A stretch of DNA of 57,931 nucleotides from Pyrodictiaceae archaeon. Lineage in GTDB: Archaea; Thermoproteota; Thermoprotei_A; Sulfolobales; WAQK01. Both the position numbers and the translations under genes were made by a program. The notes beneath the pieces were generated by a model that had not been told where the DNA came from, searched no databases, and worked only from the letters and a program-made list of their open reading frames with translations. The DNA is taken from assembly GCA_015520265.1 (NCBI GenBank), contig WAQK01000027.1, positions 1 to 57,931 of the forward strand. The letters are read 5' to 3'. Shown here in pieces: positions 17,773 to 27,114 of the stretch (its first letter is position 1; each line of letters opens with the position of its first letter).

Positions 17773-18066
17773 ATGGTCTCCTTATACCTGGAGGTGTTAA
17801 ATATGGGGAGACGTGAGGATCTTGTAGACCTTATTCTGAGGGCCGGGCAGCTGGAGAAGTTCGTAGAGTGGCTCAGGTCCCGCGGTGTCGATACAAGCGT
17901 ACCCATGAAGCTGGAGGAGGTGGACCCGGCCCTCATAGAGGAGTACGTACGCGAGAAGAGGCTGATCGAGGAGGGTGTGCAAAGGTTCTTCGATGACGAG
18001 GACAAGCTCGAGGAGCGGTATGAGCCCCTCGAGGTGAGGCCGAGCACTCCGCCCAAGAGAAGATGA
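17773..18066 (+). CDS. Hypothetical small Glu/Arg-rich protein
   Basis: 97 aa in the track. ATG 17803 (MGRREDLV..) is the more likely start, given a TATA-like 'aacaatatac' about 35 nt upstream. No family recognised. Confidence 0.45.
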   Translation: MVSLYLEVLNMGRREDLVDLILRAGQLEKFVEWLRSRGVDTSVPMKLEEVDPALIEEYVREKRLIEEGVQRFFDDEDKLEERYEPLEVRPSTPPKRR

Positions 18067-18091
18067 GACCCATCCCTCCTCGTCCAAGAGG

Positions 18092-19027
18092 TTGGTCGGG
18101 TTGAGGGTTGTCGAGAAACATGGGCCGGTCTACGTGGTAGACCGGAGCATAGAGGGATCGGAGAGGCTATTGGCCTCCTTCATAGTAGCGGCGCCAAGCG
18201 GCGAGACGGCGATCATAGACCCTGGGCCCAGTAAGGACGTGTTGAAGCTGCTCGCCTTGATGGAGGACCTGGGCCTGGATCCGCGCCGGTTGAAGGCCAT
18301 AATCGTGACACATATCCATCTAGATCACGGTGGGGGCGCCGGCCTCCTCCACCTAAACGCGCCTTGGTCGAAGGTATACGTCCACCCCCGCGGCGCGCCC
18401 CACCTAGTTAGCCCGGCCAGGCTCTGGGAGGCGAGCAAGGCGACGCTGGGCAGGACAGCCGAGCTCTACGGCGAGCCGACGCCATTACCTCAAGGCATGG
18501 TGGTGCCCGTAGAGGATGGGGCATCCCTAGATATAGGGGGCCTTACTCTGCGGTTCATCCATACTCCAGGCCACGCCTCCCATCACATGAGCATATTGGT
18601 GGAGCAGGGTCACGTCATCTTTACCGGGGACTCGGCTGGTATGCATCTCTGCGGCAAGCTCTACCCGACGACGCCTTTCCCCTTCAAGCTCCACGAAGCC
18701 CTAGCCAGCCTCGAGAAGATGAAGAGGCTCAACCCCAAGGTGATCGCCTACACCCATTTCGGCCTCAGAAGCGGCGCCCCCGGCCTCCTGGACCAGTATA
18801 GGGAGCTCCTCATAGGCCTGGCCCGCAGGATCCACGTGCTCCTCAAGGAGGGGTATAGGGGGAGGAGCCTGGTGGAGAGGCTCAGGGATGTCGACCCGTA
18901 CCTCGACAGCTACGAGGAGTGCCTCAAAAGTCTGAGAGCAGCATACATGCTGGACCATGCCGACCTGAGCGTGGAGGGGATAGCCCGGTACATCGAGAAG
19001 TTCGGCCTAGAGATGCTGGACAGCTAA
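18092..19027 (+). CDS. MBL-fold metallo-hydrolase
   Basis: 311 aa. Contains 'THIHLDHGGG' (HxHxDH) and later 'HTPGHASHH'. Confidence 0.8.
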   Translation: MVGLRVVEKHGPVYVVDRSIEGSERLLASFIVAAPSGETAIIDPGPSKDVLKLLALMEDLGLDPRRLKAIIVTHIHLDHGGGAGLLHLNAPWSKVYVHPRGAPHLVSPARLWEASKATLGRTAELYGEPTPLPQGMVVPVEDGASLDIGGLTLRFIHTPGHASHHMSILVEQGHVIFTGDSAGMHLCGKLYPTTPFPFKLHEALASLEKMKRLNPKVIAYTHFGLRSGAPGLLDQYRELLIGLARRIHVLLKEGYRGRSLVERLRDVDPYLDSYEECLKSLRAAYMLDHADLSVEGIARYIEKFGLEMLDS

Positions 19028-20136
19028 ACTATTTTTACCATCCTAATCTCCCCGTAGTCAACAAGCACCCTGATGTACCCTTTCAGCTCCTCGTCCAGCG
19101 CCGGATCCCCCGTGTCCACCCTGAGAACCCTTATACCCCTCATCTTGTGCCTCGTAGCCACCACAACTATGTTCCCCCGCCCCACCCTCCTGATAACCTG
19201 AGGGGATATCTGGTGGTTGCCGCGGCCGAAGAGGAAGCCCTGACCTCCTATGGGCGTCACAACCAGCTTGGCCCTAGGGTAGGCGTCTAGGAGCTTCAGT
19301 ATCCCCCTCTCGTCCAGGTCCCTGCCCACAAGCACGCCGCTGTGGACGGCGTCTACGCCCAGCAGCGTCTTCTCTACTCCCAGGGCATCGGCCACGGCCT
19401 TAACCGTGGTGCCGGGGCCGAGGATATAGAGTGTGCAGGGCTCGTAGAGGTGCTCCAGGAAGAACCTGGCCACAGCCTCCTTGTTCTCCTCCTCATCCCC
19501 TATCCCCGAGCTGGGTTCCTTACCAGCCTGGACCAGGCCCTCCAGGTAGGGCGTCTTAACGTAGCCGTACAGCCTTATCCTCAGCTCCCCCCTCCTGTAC
19601 GCCTCTTCATCTATGTCAAGCACCTCTGCATCCCTGAGCCCTGCCTCCCCCCTGGCGAAGGCGGCTGCTATCCTCGCGGCAGCCTCGGGGTTAACCGCGA
19701 AAACCGAGCTGTACATCTTGACCCCGCTGGGCACGCCTAGAACGGGGACCTCAGCGTCGACTGCTGAGGCCACGTCCCTCGCAGTGCCGTCGCCGCCCAC
19801 GAAAACTATGAGGCCGACGCCCATATCCGCCATCTCGCCAGCTATTCTCCTAGTATCCTCCGCCGTGGTCTCAGGTCCGCGCAACGTGCCTACAACTTTG
19901 AAGCCTCCTGGCACGATCCTGGACGCATAGTCGGAACCCATGGCTCCCGGCGCCACTACGAGCTCTGCTCCGGAGCCTGCGGCGAGCCATGCCTCTAGGA
20001 ACCGGAGGGTTCTGCCGGGTGCAACCGGCCGCGCCCCCCTCCTGAGCGCCTCCCTGTACGCCTCCCCATCGGTGCCCTTCAGCCCGACCCGGCCGCCCAT
20101 GCCAGCGATGGGGTTAACTATTAGGCCTACCAGCAT
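19024..20136 (-). CDS. ATP-NAD kinase-like protein
   Basis: 370 aa. Contains the N-terminal 'VNPIAGMGGRVGLKGTDG' and the GGDGT motif 'VFVGGDGTARDV'. Confidence 0.65.
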   Translation of the reverse strand: MLVGLIVNPIAGMGGRVGLKGTDGEAYREALRRGARPVAPGRTLRFLEAWLAAGSGAELVVAPGAMGSDYASRIVPGGFKVVGTLRGPETTAEDTRRIAGEMADMGVGLIVFVGGDGTARDVASAVDAEVPVLGVPSGVKMYSSVFAVNPEAAARIAAAFARGEAGLRDAEVLDIDEEAYRRGELRIRLYGYVKTPYLEGLVQAGKEPSSGIGDEEENKEAVARFFLEHLYEPCTLYILGPGTTVKAVADALGVEKTLLGVDAVHSGVLVGRDLDERGILKLLDAYPRAKLVVTPIGGQGFLFGRGNHQISPQVIRRVGRGNIVVVATRHKMRGIRVLRVDTGDPALDEELKGYIRVLVDYGEIRMVKIV

Positions 20137-20183
20137 CTTTGGCCCCTTGCCGGGCTACATGGTGATAGCAGGTATTATAGGTA

Positions 20184-20573
20184 TTACCTGTACCTAAGGG
20201 ACCTGGCGGCCGTCAGTATCAGGTCCACTATCAGTTTGAGGCCCTCTGTGTCGTCTTCTCTGAACACCTCCAACACCTGTTCGGCGGAAAACTCTATGTC
20301 GAGTTCCCGGAAAACCTCCCGAAAGGTTGTGGATAGGAAAAGCTCTGCAGCCAAGGCTCCTCCAAGGACGTCGGCGAGCACGTCATATACTCGTCTCGGA
20401 CTGCTGAGACCCAGCCTGATGATGTCTTCCAGCCCCTGCAGTTCTAAGCCGCTCCTAGCTTTGATGTGGTAAAGCATCGCCCTCGCGAAACCTGGGCTGT
20501 AGAGTTCCCTCGTGACTCTGCGGAAGATCTCAGCGACTCTCTTGACGTCATCATCGCTGTCCACGTCCACCAC
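20184..20573 (-). CDS. Hypothetical acidic helical protein, downstream partner of the KaiC-like ATPase
   Basis: 129 aa. The gene starts 13 nt after the KaiC-like stop on the same strand. No family recognised. Confidence 0.5.
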   Translation of the reverse strand: MVDVDSDDDVKRVAEIFRRVTRELYSPGFARAMLYHIKARSGLELQGLEDIIRLGLSSPRRVYDVLADVLGGALAAELFLSTTFREVFRELDIEFSAEQVLEVFREDDTEGLKLIVDLILTAARSLRYR

Positions 20574-20586
20574 CCCTCTCTACGTC

Positions 20587-21831
20587 CTAAACTCCAACCT
20601 CCACGGGGCCCTTAAGGGAGGGAGGTAGTGGTTCGGGCGCCTTGACCAGCATGAGTGTGCGGGAGCCTGTACTGGTCGTCTCGAGCCTAGCCACGTAGTC
20701 TGCGTAGATGCTGATTAGCGCCGCTTCGCTTGTGGCCAGTATCTCGTCGTTGACGGCGAGGATTACTGTTGCTTTGCCTCGGAGGCCGTAGAGGGCTTTC
20801 AGCAGCGTGTGGAACGCCTCTACCCCATAGTCGGATCTTACGAGTTCAAGGTTGTCTATGAGGAGCACAGGGTAGCGGGAGCCTATGTCTAGGAGTTGAT
20901 ATGCCAGTTCCATGGGTGTTGTGGCCCACGTCGGGAGGCCTAGGGCGCATCTCATAGAGGGGAGGTCCGTCGTGCTTTTGAGAGATATGTAGCAGGCCTC
21001 CTCGAGGTTCTCGCCTATCTTTCTCAGGAGGAAGGACTTGCCGGTCCCGCTGCCCCCGGTTAGAAGCACTATTGACTTCTCTATAAAACCGCCGAGCTGG
21101 GAATCGATGGCCTCTACGCTAGCCCTGATCCTTCTCTGCCTCTCCACGGGTCCAGGCTTCATGAATCTGAGCGGGTATGCTATGATGCCTCCCCGCTCTA
21201 TCTTGAACTCTAGTATCAGTGATTCCGGTATCATGCCTCTGGATTTGGGTATACGCATTATGCGGCGGGGGTAGGTTGCCGTTGTGCCTAGCTCGTAGTC
21301 TAGCTCGATGATCATGTCGCTGGCGATCCTCAGGGTTCCGGGATCCGTTGCTTCGGGGTTTAGGGTAACCAGTCCCAGCACCTGGAATGCGTGGACCATT
21401 TCGTAGACGATGTTCCTAAGTAGCGTGACACGCTTAGGCTCTGGGAGTATTTTTAGCAGGGGGCTTATACCGTCTATGACTAGGCGCTTGACCCTTTTCT
21501 CCCGCAGGAGTCTCTCGATCATTGCGACAAGGGAGTCTACCAGCGTGTCAGACACGGCAGCCGGTACACCTACTATGTCCACTAGACCCTCTTTGATGTA
21601 GGGTTCTAAATCTATACCTAGCCTCCTGGAATATTCTAGTAGACGTTCTTTCCTCTCCCATAATGCTACGTAGAGTCCCGGCTCGCCTGCTTTCGCCCCG
21701 CTGTGGATGAACTGTAGTGAGAATACAGTTTTTCCGGAGCCGCTGGGCCCGGTTACTGCTATGAACATCCCAGGATCGAGGTATCCCACTATGTCGTCGA
21801 GACCCACTATTCCCAGCCTTATACCAGACAC
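20587..21831 (-). CDS. KaiC/RecA-superfamily double-domain ATPase
   Basis: 414 aa. Two P-loops: 'TGPSGSGKTVFSLQF' and 'TGGSGTGKSFLLRK'. The first domain resembles KaiC/RadA-like modules ('GLDDIVGYLDPG'). Confidence 0.7.
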   Translation of the reverse strand: MSGIRLGIVGLDDIVGYLDPGMFIAVTGPSGSGKTVFSLQFIHSGAKAGEPGLYVALWERKERLLEYSRRLGIDLEPYIKEGLVDIVGVPAAVSDTLVDSLVAMIERLLREKRVKRLVIDGISPLLKILPEPKRVTLLRNIVYEMVHAFQVLGLVTLNPEATDPGTLRIASDMIIELDYELGTTATYPRRIMRIPKSRGMIPESLILEFKIERGGIIAYPLRFMKPGPVERQRRIRASVEAIDSQLGGFIEKSIVLLTGGSGTGKSFLLRKIGENLEEACYISLKSTTDLPSMRCALGLPTWATTPMELAYQLLDIGSRYPVLLIDNLELVRSDYGVEAFHTLLKALYGLRGKATVILAVNDEILATSEAALISIYADYVARLETTSTGSRTLMLVKAPEPLPPSLKGPVEVGV

Positions 21832-21972
21832 TAGTGACGCACCTAAACGATCTTCTTCTGTTAAGGGTTAGTAAATTCATAGCTTACGGTAGTTTAAATA
21901 AAGTAAGTTTGAAGGTTCTCCACAATCCCTGATAACAACGTGATTAACGCTATTTAGGGGCGTTAAACATGC

Positions 21973-23106
21973 GTGGAATGCGGGGTGCCTTGCTTGCAGG
22001 GGTTCACCGTTACGTGTCAGACTTGTGGCGCTACATATGGGTTCGACTCCCCCTGGAGATGTGCGAGGTGCGGCTCGCCGCTACGTATACAGTATGAGCC
22101 TCGCCAGCCCAGGCTAAGGGGTCCAGGAATTTGGAGGTACCGGGGATTGCTTGCCTATACGCCGCCCCACCGGATAGTGCTTGGAGAGGGCGGCACGCCT
22201 CTGCTCCGCCGCCGGTTCCGAGGAGTAAGGCTGGTCTTCAAGTTGGAGTACCTAAACCCTACTGGCAGCTTTAAGGACCGAGGCACGGCCTTCGAGGCCT
22301 CCAGGGCCAAGAGCCTGGGCCGCAGGGTTCTGGTGGAGGACTCCTCGGGCAATACGGGGCTCTCGGTAGCGGCCTATGCTACGGCTGGCGGGATGGATGC
22401 TAGGATATATGTGCCACGGGACGCCCCCGAGGGTAAGAAGAACTTGATCCGCCTGCTTGGAGCCCAGTTGGTGGAGGCGAGGAACAGGGCCGACGCCTCT
22501 CGCCGGGCCGTTGAGGAGCTTGGAGAAGGAGACCATTACGTGGCTCATCTCTGGAGCCCGTGGTTCGTTGAAGGTGTAGCCACACTAGCCTATGAGGCGG
22601 CCGAGCAGATGGGGTGGCGTGCCCCAGATGTTGCCGTTGTCCCCGCGGGGAGTGGTTCCCTCCTGCTGGGCATCACGTGGGGCTATAAAAGACTCGAGGA
22701 GACGGGCCTGCTACGCGGTGAGCCGCCAAGGATCATCGCGGTGCAAGCCGGCATGGTGGCGCCCCTCTACGAGGCTGTGACAGGGGAGAAACCCGGCCTC
22801 GACGATGGCGGGCTAGCCGACGGCATAAGGGTGCCCTCTCCCCCAAGACTTAACGACATGGTTGAGGCCGTGAAACATGGTAGCGTTGTGCTGGTGGACC
22901 GTTCCGGGATAGTGTCCGCATTGAAGAAGCTGGTTTCGTGGGGGTTCTTGGTGGAACCGACCTCGGCAGCGGGGCTGGCTGGCCTAGTGGCCGCCTTGGA
23001 TAATGGGCTGCTTGATCGTGGCGAGGAGGTGCTGTTGCCTCTTACGGGTAGTGGTTTGAAGATGCACAGCCAGGTATACTCGTTGTTGCGGAACCGGCCA
23101 TTGTAA
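21973..23106 (+). CDS. Threonine synthase-like PLP-dependent enzyme
   Basis: 377 aa in the track (GTG start; alternative TTG at 21994). Contains an N-terminal Cys4 ribbon 'CQTCG..CARCG', the PLP-lysine motif 'NPTGSFKDRG', and 'SSGNTG'. Confidence 0.7.
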   Translation: MECGVPCLQGFTVTCQTCGATYGFDSPWRCARCGSPLRIQYEPRQPRLRGPGIWRYRGLLAYTPPHRIVLGEGGTPLLRRRFRGVRLVFKLEYLNPTGSFKDRGTAFEASRAKSLGRRVLVEDSSGNTGLSVAAYATAGGMDARIYVPRDAPEGKKNLIRLLGAQLVEARNRADASRRAVEELGEGDHYVAHLWSPWFVEGVATLAYEAAEQMGWRAPDVAVVPAGSGSLLLGITWGYKRLEETGLLRGEPPRIIAVQAGMVAPLYEAVTGEKPGLDDGGLADGIRVPSPPRLNDMVEAVKHGSVVLVDRSGIVSALKKLVSWGFLVEPTSAAGLAGLVAALDNGLLDRGEEVLLPLTGSGLKMHSQVYSLLRNRPL

Positions 23107-23172
23107 CAATTTTATCTAGTAAATTACACAAAAAAGTTTAATTAATTCTTCAAGGTAACGCCGCGTGGAACG

Positions 23173-24078
23173 GTGACGCTGATGACGACAACCGTTATAA
23201 GCTACTGGGGCAAGGGCGGGGTAGGAAAAACTACGCTCGCCGCCGCTACGGCTGTGATGCTGGCTGGCGAGGGTGCCCGGGTACTCCTGGTGTCAAGCGA
23301 CCCGTTACCAAGCCTCTCCGGCATACTTGTTGATGTTGAGTCTCTTCTCCTCGACGTTGTGGAACTGGGTGAGCAGGTTGTCATTGAACTTTGGAAGAAT
23401 AGGTTTGGCGATGAAGTGTACCGGGCCGCCTCTTCCTTCCTGCCCGTAGGCAGGGAGTTCGTCGACTACGTTGCAGGGGCTCCCGGTGTAAGTGACCAGT
23501 ACATGTTGTACTACATCTATGAGGTCTGGAGGGGTGGGCGATACGACTATATTATATGGGACACGCAGGCGGCTGGTGGAAGTGTAAGGTTGCTTAGGCT
23601 GGAGAAGGAGGTATACACGCATCTCGGCGACGCTGCTAGGCTATACCTACGCATCAAGACGGCGCTGAGCAGGATTAGACGCGGCAATGTCGACCCCCTC
23701 CAACTATTGGAGTCTTGGAGAAGGCTAGCCGAGGAGATACTCTCATTTCTGGCCTCAGACAACCACAGGTTGTACGTGGTGGCCGCGGCGGATCCGCTGA
23801 ACCTATATGTGTCCAGGAAGCTGGTGCGGGAGCTGGCCACATTTGACATACGTGTTAGAAGAGTGGTGCTCAACATGCTTTCAGGGCCCGAAACTTGTCC
23901 CGAGTGTCCCTTCTGGCTTGAGAGTGTTGAGGAACAACGTAGGATCAAGGCAGCGTTTGAAGCCGAATTCTCCCGGAGCCCAGGCCTATGTACTGTACCA
24001 CGTTTGCCCCACAGTCCCCGTAGTATGGATGATCTCCTTAAGCTAGCCAGTATTCTCAAGGAGTGTGGGTTGCCGTGA
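23173..24078 (+). CDS. Divergent single-domain ArsA/Get3-family (SIMIBI) ATPase
   Basis: 301 aa. Deviant Walker A 'GKGGVGKTT', 'SSDPLPS', 'DTQAAGG', and a C-terminal 'CPEC'. Confidence 0.7.
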   Translation: MTLMTTTVISYWGKGGVGKTTLAAATAVMLAGEGARVLLVSSDPLPSLSGILVDVESLLLDVVELGEQVVIELWKNRFGDEVYRAASSFLPVGREFVDYVAGAPGVSDQYMLYYIYEVWRGGRYDYIIWDTQAAGGSVRLLRLEKEVYTHLGDAARLYLRIKTALSRIRRGNVDPLQLLESWRRLAEEILSFLASDNHRLYVVAAADPLNLYVSRKLVRELATFDIRVRRVVLNMLSGPETCPECPFWLESVEEQRRIKAAFEAEFSRSPGLCTVPRLPHSPRSMDDLLKLASILKECGLP

Positions 24079-25754
24079 GGTCGGACATCATCCTAATACA
24101 TGCTCCGAGCCTCTACGATTTCAGGGAGGAGAGGCGGCACTATGGACCCATAAGCGACGTCATCCCCTCAACACCAGTGTTCGACATGTATCCTCTAGGC
24201 TTTATATCGCTGGTCAGCTACCTGGGGAGACGAGGGTTCAGGGTTTCCATACTGAACCTGGCCGCCAGGATGCTTATGAGTCCCCGGTTCGACGCGGAAA
24301 AGGCTATCCGAAAGGCCGAGGCCAAGATATACGGCATCGACCTCCACTGGCTGGTCCACGCGCATGGCGCGGTTGAAGTGGCAAGGATTGTGAAGAGACA
24401 CCATCCTGACGCAGCGCTAGTGGTGGGCGGCCTTACTGCCACCATATATTACAGGGAGGTACTGGAAAAGTACCCCTGGATAGACTATGTTGTCCTGGGA
24501 GACACCGTTGAGGAAGTTTTCAGAATGCTGGCCGACTACGAGGTGGATGGGCGGGGGCAGCTGGAGGAAATACCAAACCTGGCGTGGAGGGAGGGGGGAA
24601 GGATACGCACCACCGGTTTAAGACTCGTCCCCCAAAGCCTCGACGAGTATGCCATAGATTATGGGTACGCGTTCAGGCAGGCTGTGAAGAGCGGTGACCC
24701 TCTATCATTTGCGCCCTTTGCCGGGTTCTTCCGGGAACCCATAGGTGCGGTATTGGCGTATAAGGGGTGCCCCTACAACTGCGCTACGTGTGGGGGAAGC
24801 AGATACACGTATGCCAGGTGCTTTGGCAGGATGGGGCTGGCCTCCAAAACACCTGTTGCGCTGGCGGAGGAGCTGATGAGCATATGCGATTATATGAGGA
24901 TACCAGTTTTCATAGTGGGCGACGTACAGGTACTGGGCAATAGGTGGTGTGAGCGCCTGATCGGGGAGTTGAAGAGCAGGGGGTTTGACGGTACACTGTT
25001 CCTAGAATTCTTCAGTCCGCCCAGGGACGAGGTACTTAGACTGGTGGAACGCATCCCCGGGCGGAAATATCTGCAGATATCGCCTGAGAGCCAGGATGAG
25101 GATATACGGAGGTGGTTTGGGAGGCCTTACGGCAACCATGAACTTGAAAGGTTCATTCACAGGGTTCTCGAGGCCGGGTTTGAGAGGCTGGACCTCTACT
25201 TCATGGTAGGATTGCCGGGCCAGACCCCCAGCTCCGCGCTGGGAATCCCCCGATACGTGGACCGGCTCTACGGGACCCTTAACCCCCGGCTAAAAGCAAG
25301 GCTCGACGCCTTCGTGGCGCCCCTGGCACCCTTCGTGGATCCGGGGAGCCCGGCGTTCGAGCATCCCGAAGCCTACGGCTACACGTTGCTTGCCAGAAGC
25401 TTGGAGGATCACAGGGCCCTCGTGGAGAGGGCTCCTACCTGGAGGGAGATGCTAAACTATGAGACGCTGTGGATGAGCAGGAGGGATGTGGCGGAAGCAA
25501 CGTACCTTGCTGCTGAGGAGCTTGTCAAGGTTAAAGCTAGGCACGGTGTTATAGAGGAGGGCGAAGCTGAGAGGGTCATAGACTTGATGGCCAGGGCCCG
25601 CCGCATGGATGGGGACAAGCCGCTGCACATAAAGGAAACCGTACCTCGTGGCGACCTTTATCCCCCGGTGAAGCTCATCAGGAGCCTGACACCCAAGGCG
25701 CTGAGCCCGGGCCTACTCGTCGCCCTTATACGTGCAGCGGCCTCACCCAAGTAG
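24063..25754 (+). CDS. B12-binding-domain radical SAM protein
   Basis: 563 aa. Has an N-terminal Rossmann-like region ('ALVVGGLTATIY') and the radical SAM cluster motif 'CPYNCATC'. Overlaps the ArsA-like gene by 16 nt. Confidence 0.7.
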   Translation: MWVAVRSDIILIHAPSLYDFREERRHYGPISDVIPSTPVFDMYPLGFISLVSYLGRRGFRVSILNLAARMLMSPRFDAEKAIRKAEAKIYGIDLHWLVHAHGAVEVARIVKRHHPDAALVVGGLTATIYYREVLEKYPWIDYVVLGDTVEEVFRMLADYEVDGRGQLEEIPNLAWREGGRIRTTGLRLVPQSLDEYAIDYGYAFRQAVKSGDPLSFAPFAGFFREPIGAVLAYKGCPYNCATCGGSRYTYARCFGRMGLASKTPVALAEELMSICDYMRIPVFIVGDVQVLGNRWCERLIGELKSRGFDGTLFLEFFSPPRDEVLRLVERIPGRKYLQISPESQDEDIRRWFGRPYGNHELERFIHRVLEAGFERLDLYFMVGLPGQTPSSALGIPRYVDRLYGTLNPRLKARLDAFVAPLAPFVDPGSPAFEHPEAYGYTLLARSLEDHRALVERAPTWREMLNYETLWMSRRDVAEATYLAAEELVKVKARHGVIEEGEAERVIDLMARARRMDGDKPLHIKETVPRGDLYPPVKLIRSLTPKALSPGLLVALIRAAASPK

Positions 25755-25845
25755 TTTGCCGAGCAATCGTCAAAACATTAACTAGGTCGGTATTCAAAAG
25801 TACTAGTGCTGTGGCCAGACACAGGCCGAGCGGAAGGGGCCGGGG

Positions 25846-27114
25846 TTGAGCGTCGACGATGCTATCAGGAGCCTGGTAAACGTCATGAGCCGTCCCCAGG
25901 CGCACCGCGTGTCCGGACCGGCCGAGGGGCCAGAGTGGCTTTTCGAGGAGGGTTTCGGCCGTATAGTCGTGTCGAAAAAGTTGAGGAATTACGCCTTCTC
26001 GCGGGCCCCGGAGGCTGGGAGGCTCCATAGAGTGGTGGCAGGCATCGACGGGAGCAGCAGGGTCCTCTACTTTGCCCACGGCAACGTTGCCCTTTCCGCC
26101 ACAACGCTTCTCTACGGCTCGGCGGGAGCCAGCATATACTACACATATCCGCCCCTAAGACCGTTCAACACCAGTAGGGAGAGGCCAGGCATCGAGACGC
26201 AGTTCCTCGCCTTCCAGCCTGCTCCTCTAGACGCCCCCGAGGTTCTCGGAGGCATCAGACTTAGGCCGCCCTCCTACAGGAAAACGCGTGTCGGTGAGTT
26301 CCTTAGGGCAGCTCTCTACAGGTATGACGCTGAGTATAGTACGAAGATGATGGAGAACGAGGTGAGGGTTCTCCAAGAGAACGCAATGGCTGCGTGGGCC
26401 CTGCAGAGGCTGGGGCCTGGGAGCCTGCTAATTGTAGATGGCCCGCTCTTCAGCACCCCAGGGATATTCGAGAGGATGAAGGAGCTGCTGAGCGAAAAAC
26501 CTTCGAGGCTGAGGGTGTACTTGGAGTCCTGGCTGGCCCTAGTCGCCGAAAGGGTTGGGATTGTGGGCGGCGCCGTGAGGCAGGGTATAGATGTTGTCGG
26601 TGTTGTTAAGAGGCTTCACGCCTCCAGGGTCCTGTCGGCTGCTGAAGGGAGGGGCCATGCGGTGAACGACCTGGCCCTGGTTCAGCAGGTGGTGGAGAGA
26701 TGGATGTCGGGGTCCAAGCCCTACGTGCCTATGCTACTGGGCCCCTTGGAGACCTCGATGAACCTGGAGGACGTGGGGCTGGGATGGCTGGTCAAGTACA
26801 GCTACTACGTTGTTGTGCCCCGGCACCCTTTAGCATCGAGGCTGGGCGGGTTCAGGGTCTTCAGGGTCGAGTTGCCCAGACCTGTTTTCGAGGATGATGA
26901 GCGGAGGGCCAGGGTGCTCTCCACCATTGTTGCCGAGGCTTTGAGGAGCCCTGACCACTACCCCAGACCTATAAGCGCAGCCGACAGGGTGTGCAGGCGC
27001 GCCGCGGCAGCGCTGGCGGCGCACGTTTATATGAGTCTCTCGGGCTACAGTATACCCAGCTACGAGACCTTTAGAGAGGCTGAGGAGAGGAGTTTTGGAC
27101 GTAGAGAAGCTTAG
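25846..27114 (+). CDS. nurA: NurA-family nuclease
   Basis: 422 aa, TTG start. The Asp-containing motifs 'VAGIDGSSRV' and 'LLIVDGPLF' fit the NurA fold. Directly coupled to a HerA-like ATPase gene. Confidence 0.6.
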   Translation: MSVDDAIRSLVNVMSRPQAHRVSGPAEGPEWLFEEGFGRIVVSKKLRNYAFSRAPEAGRLHRVVAGIDGSSRVLYFAHGNVALSATTLLYGSAGASIYYTYPPLRPFNTSRERPGIETQFLAFQPAPLDAPEVLGGIRLRPPSYRKTRVGEFLRAALYRYDAEYSTKMMENEVRVLQENAMAAWALQRLGPGSLLIVDGPLFSTPGIFERMKELLSEKPSRLRVYLESWLALVAERVGIVGGAVRQGIDVVGVVKRLHASRVLSAAEGRGHAVNDLALVQQVVERWMSGSKPYVPMLLGPLETSMNLEDVGLGWLVKYSYYVVVPRHPLASRLGGFRVFRVELPRPVFEDDERRARVLSTIVAEALRSPDHYPRPISAADRVCRRAAAALAAHVYMSLSGYSIPSYETFREAEERSFGRREA

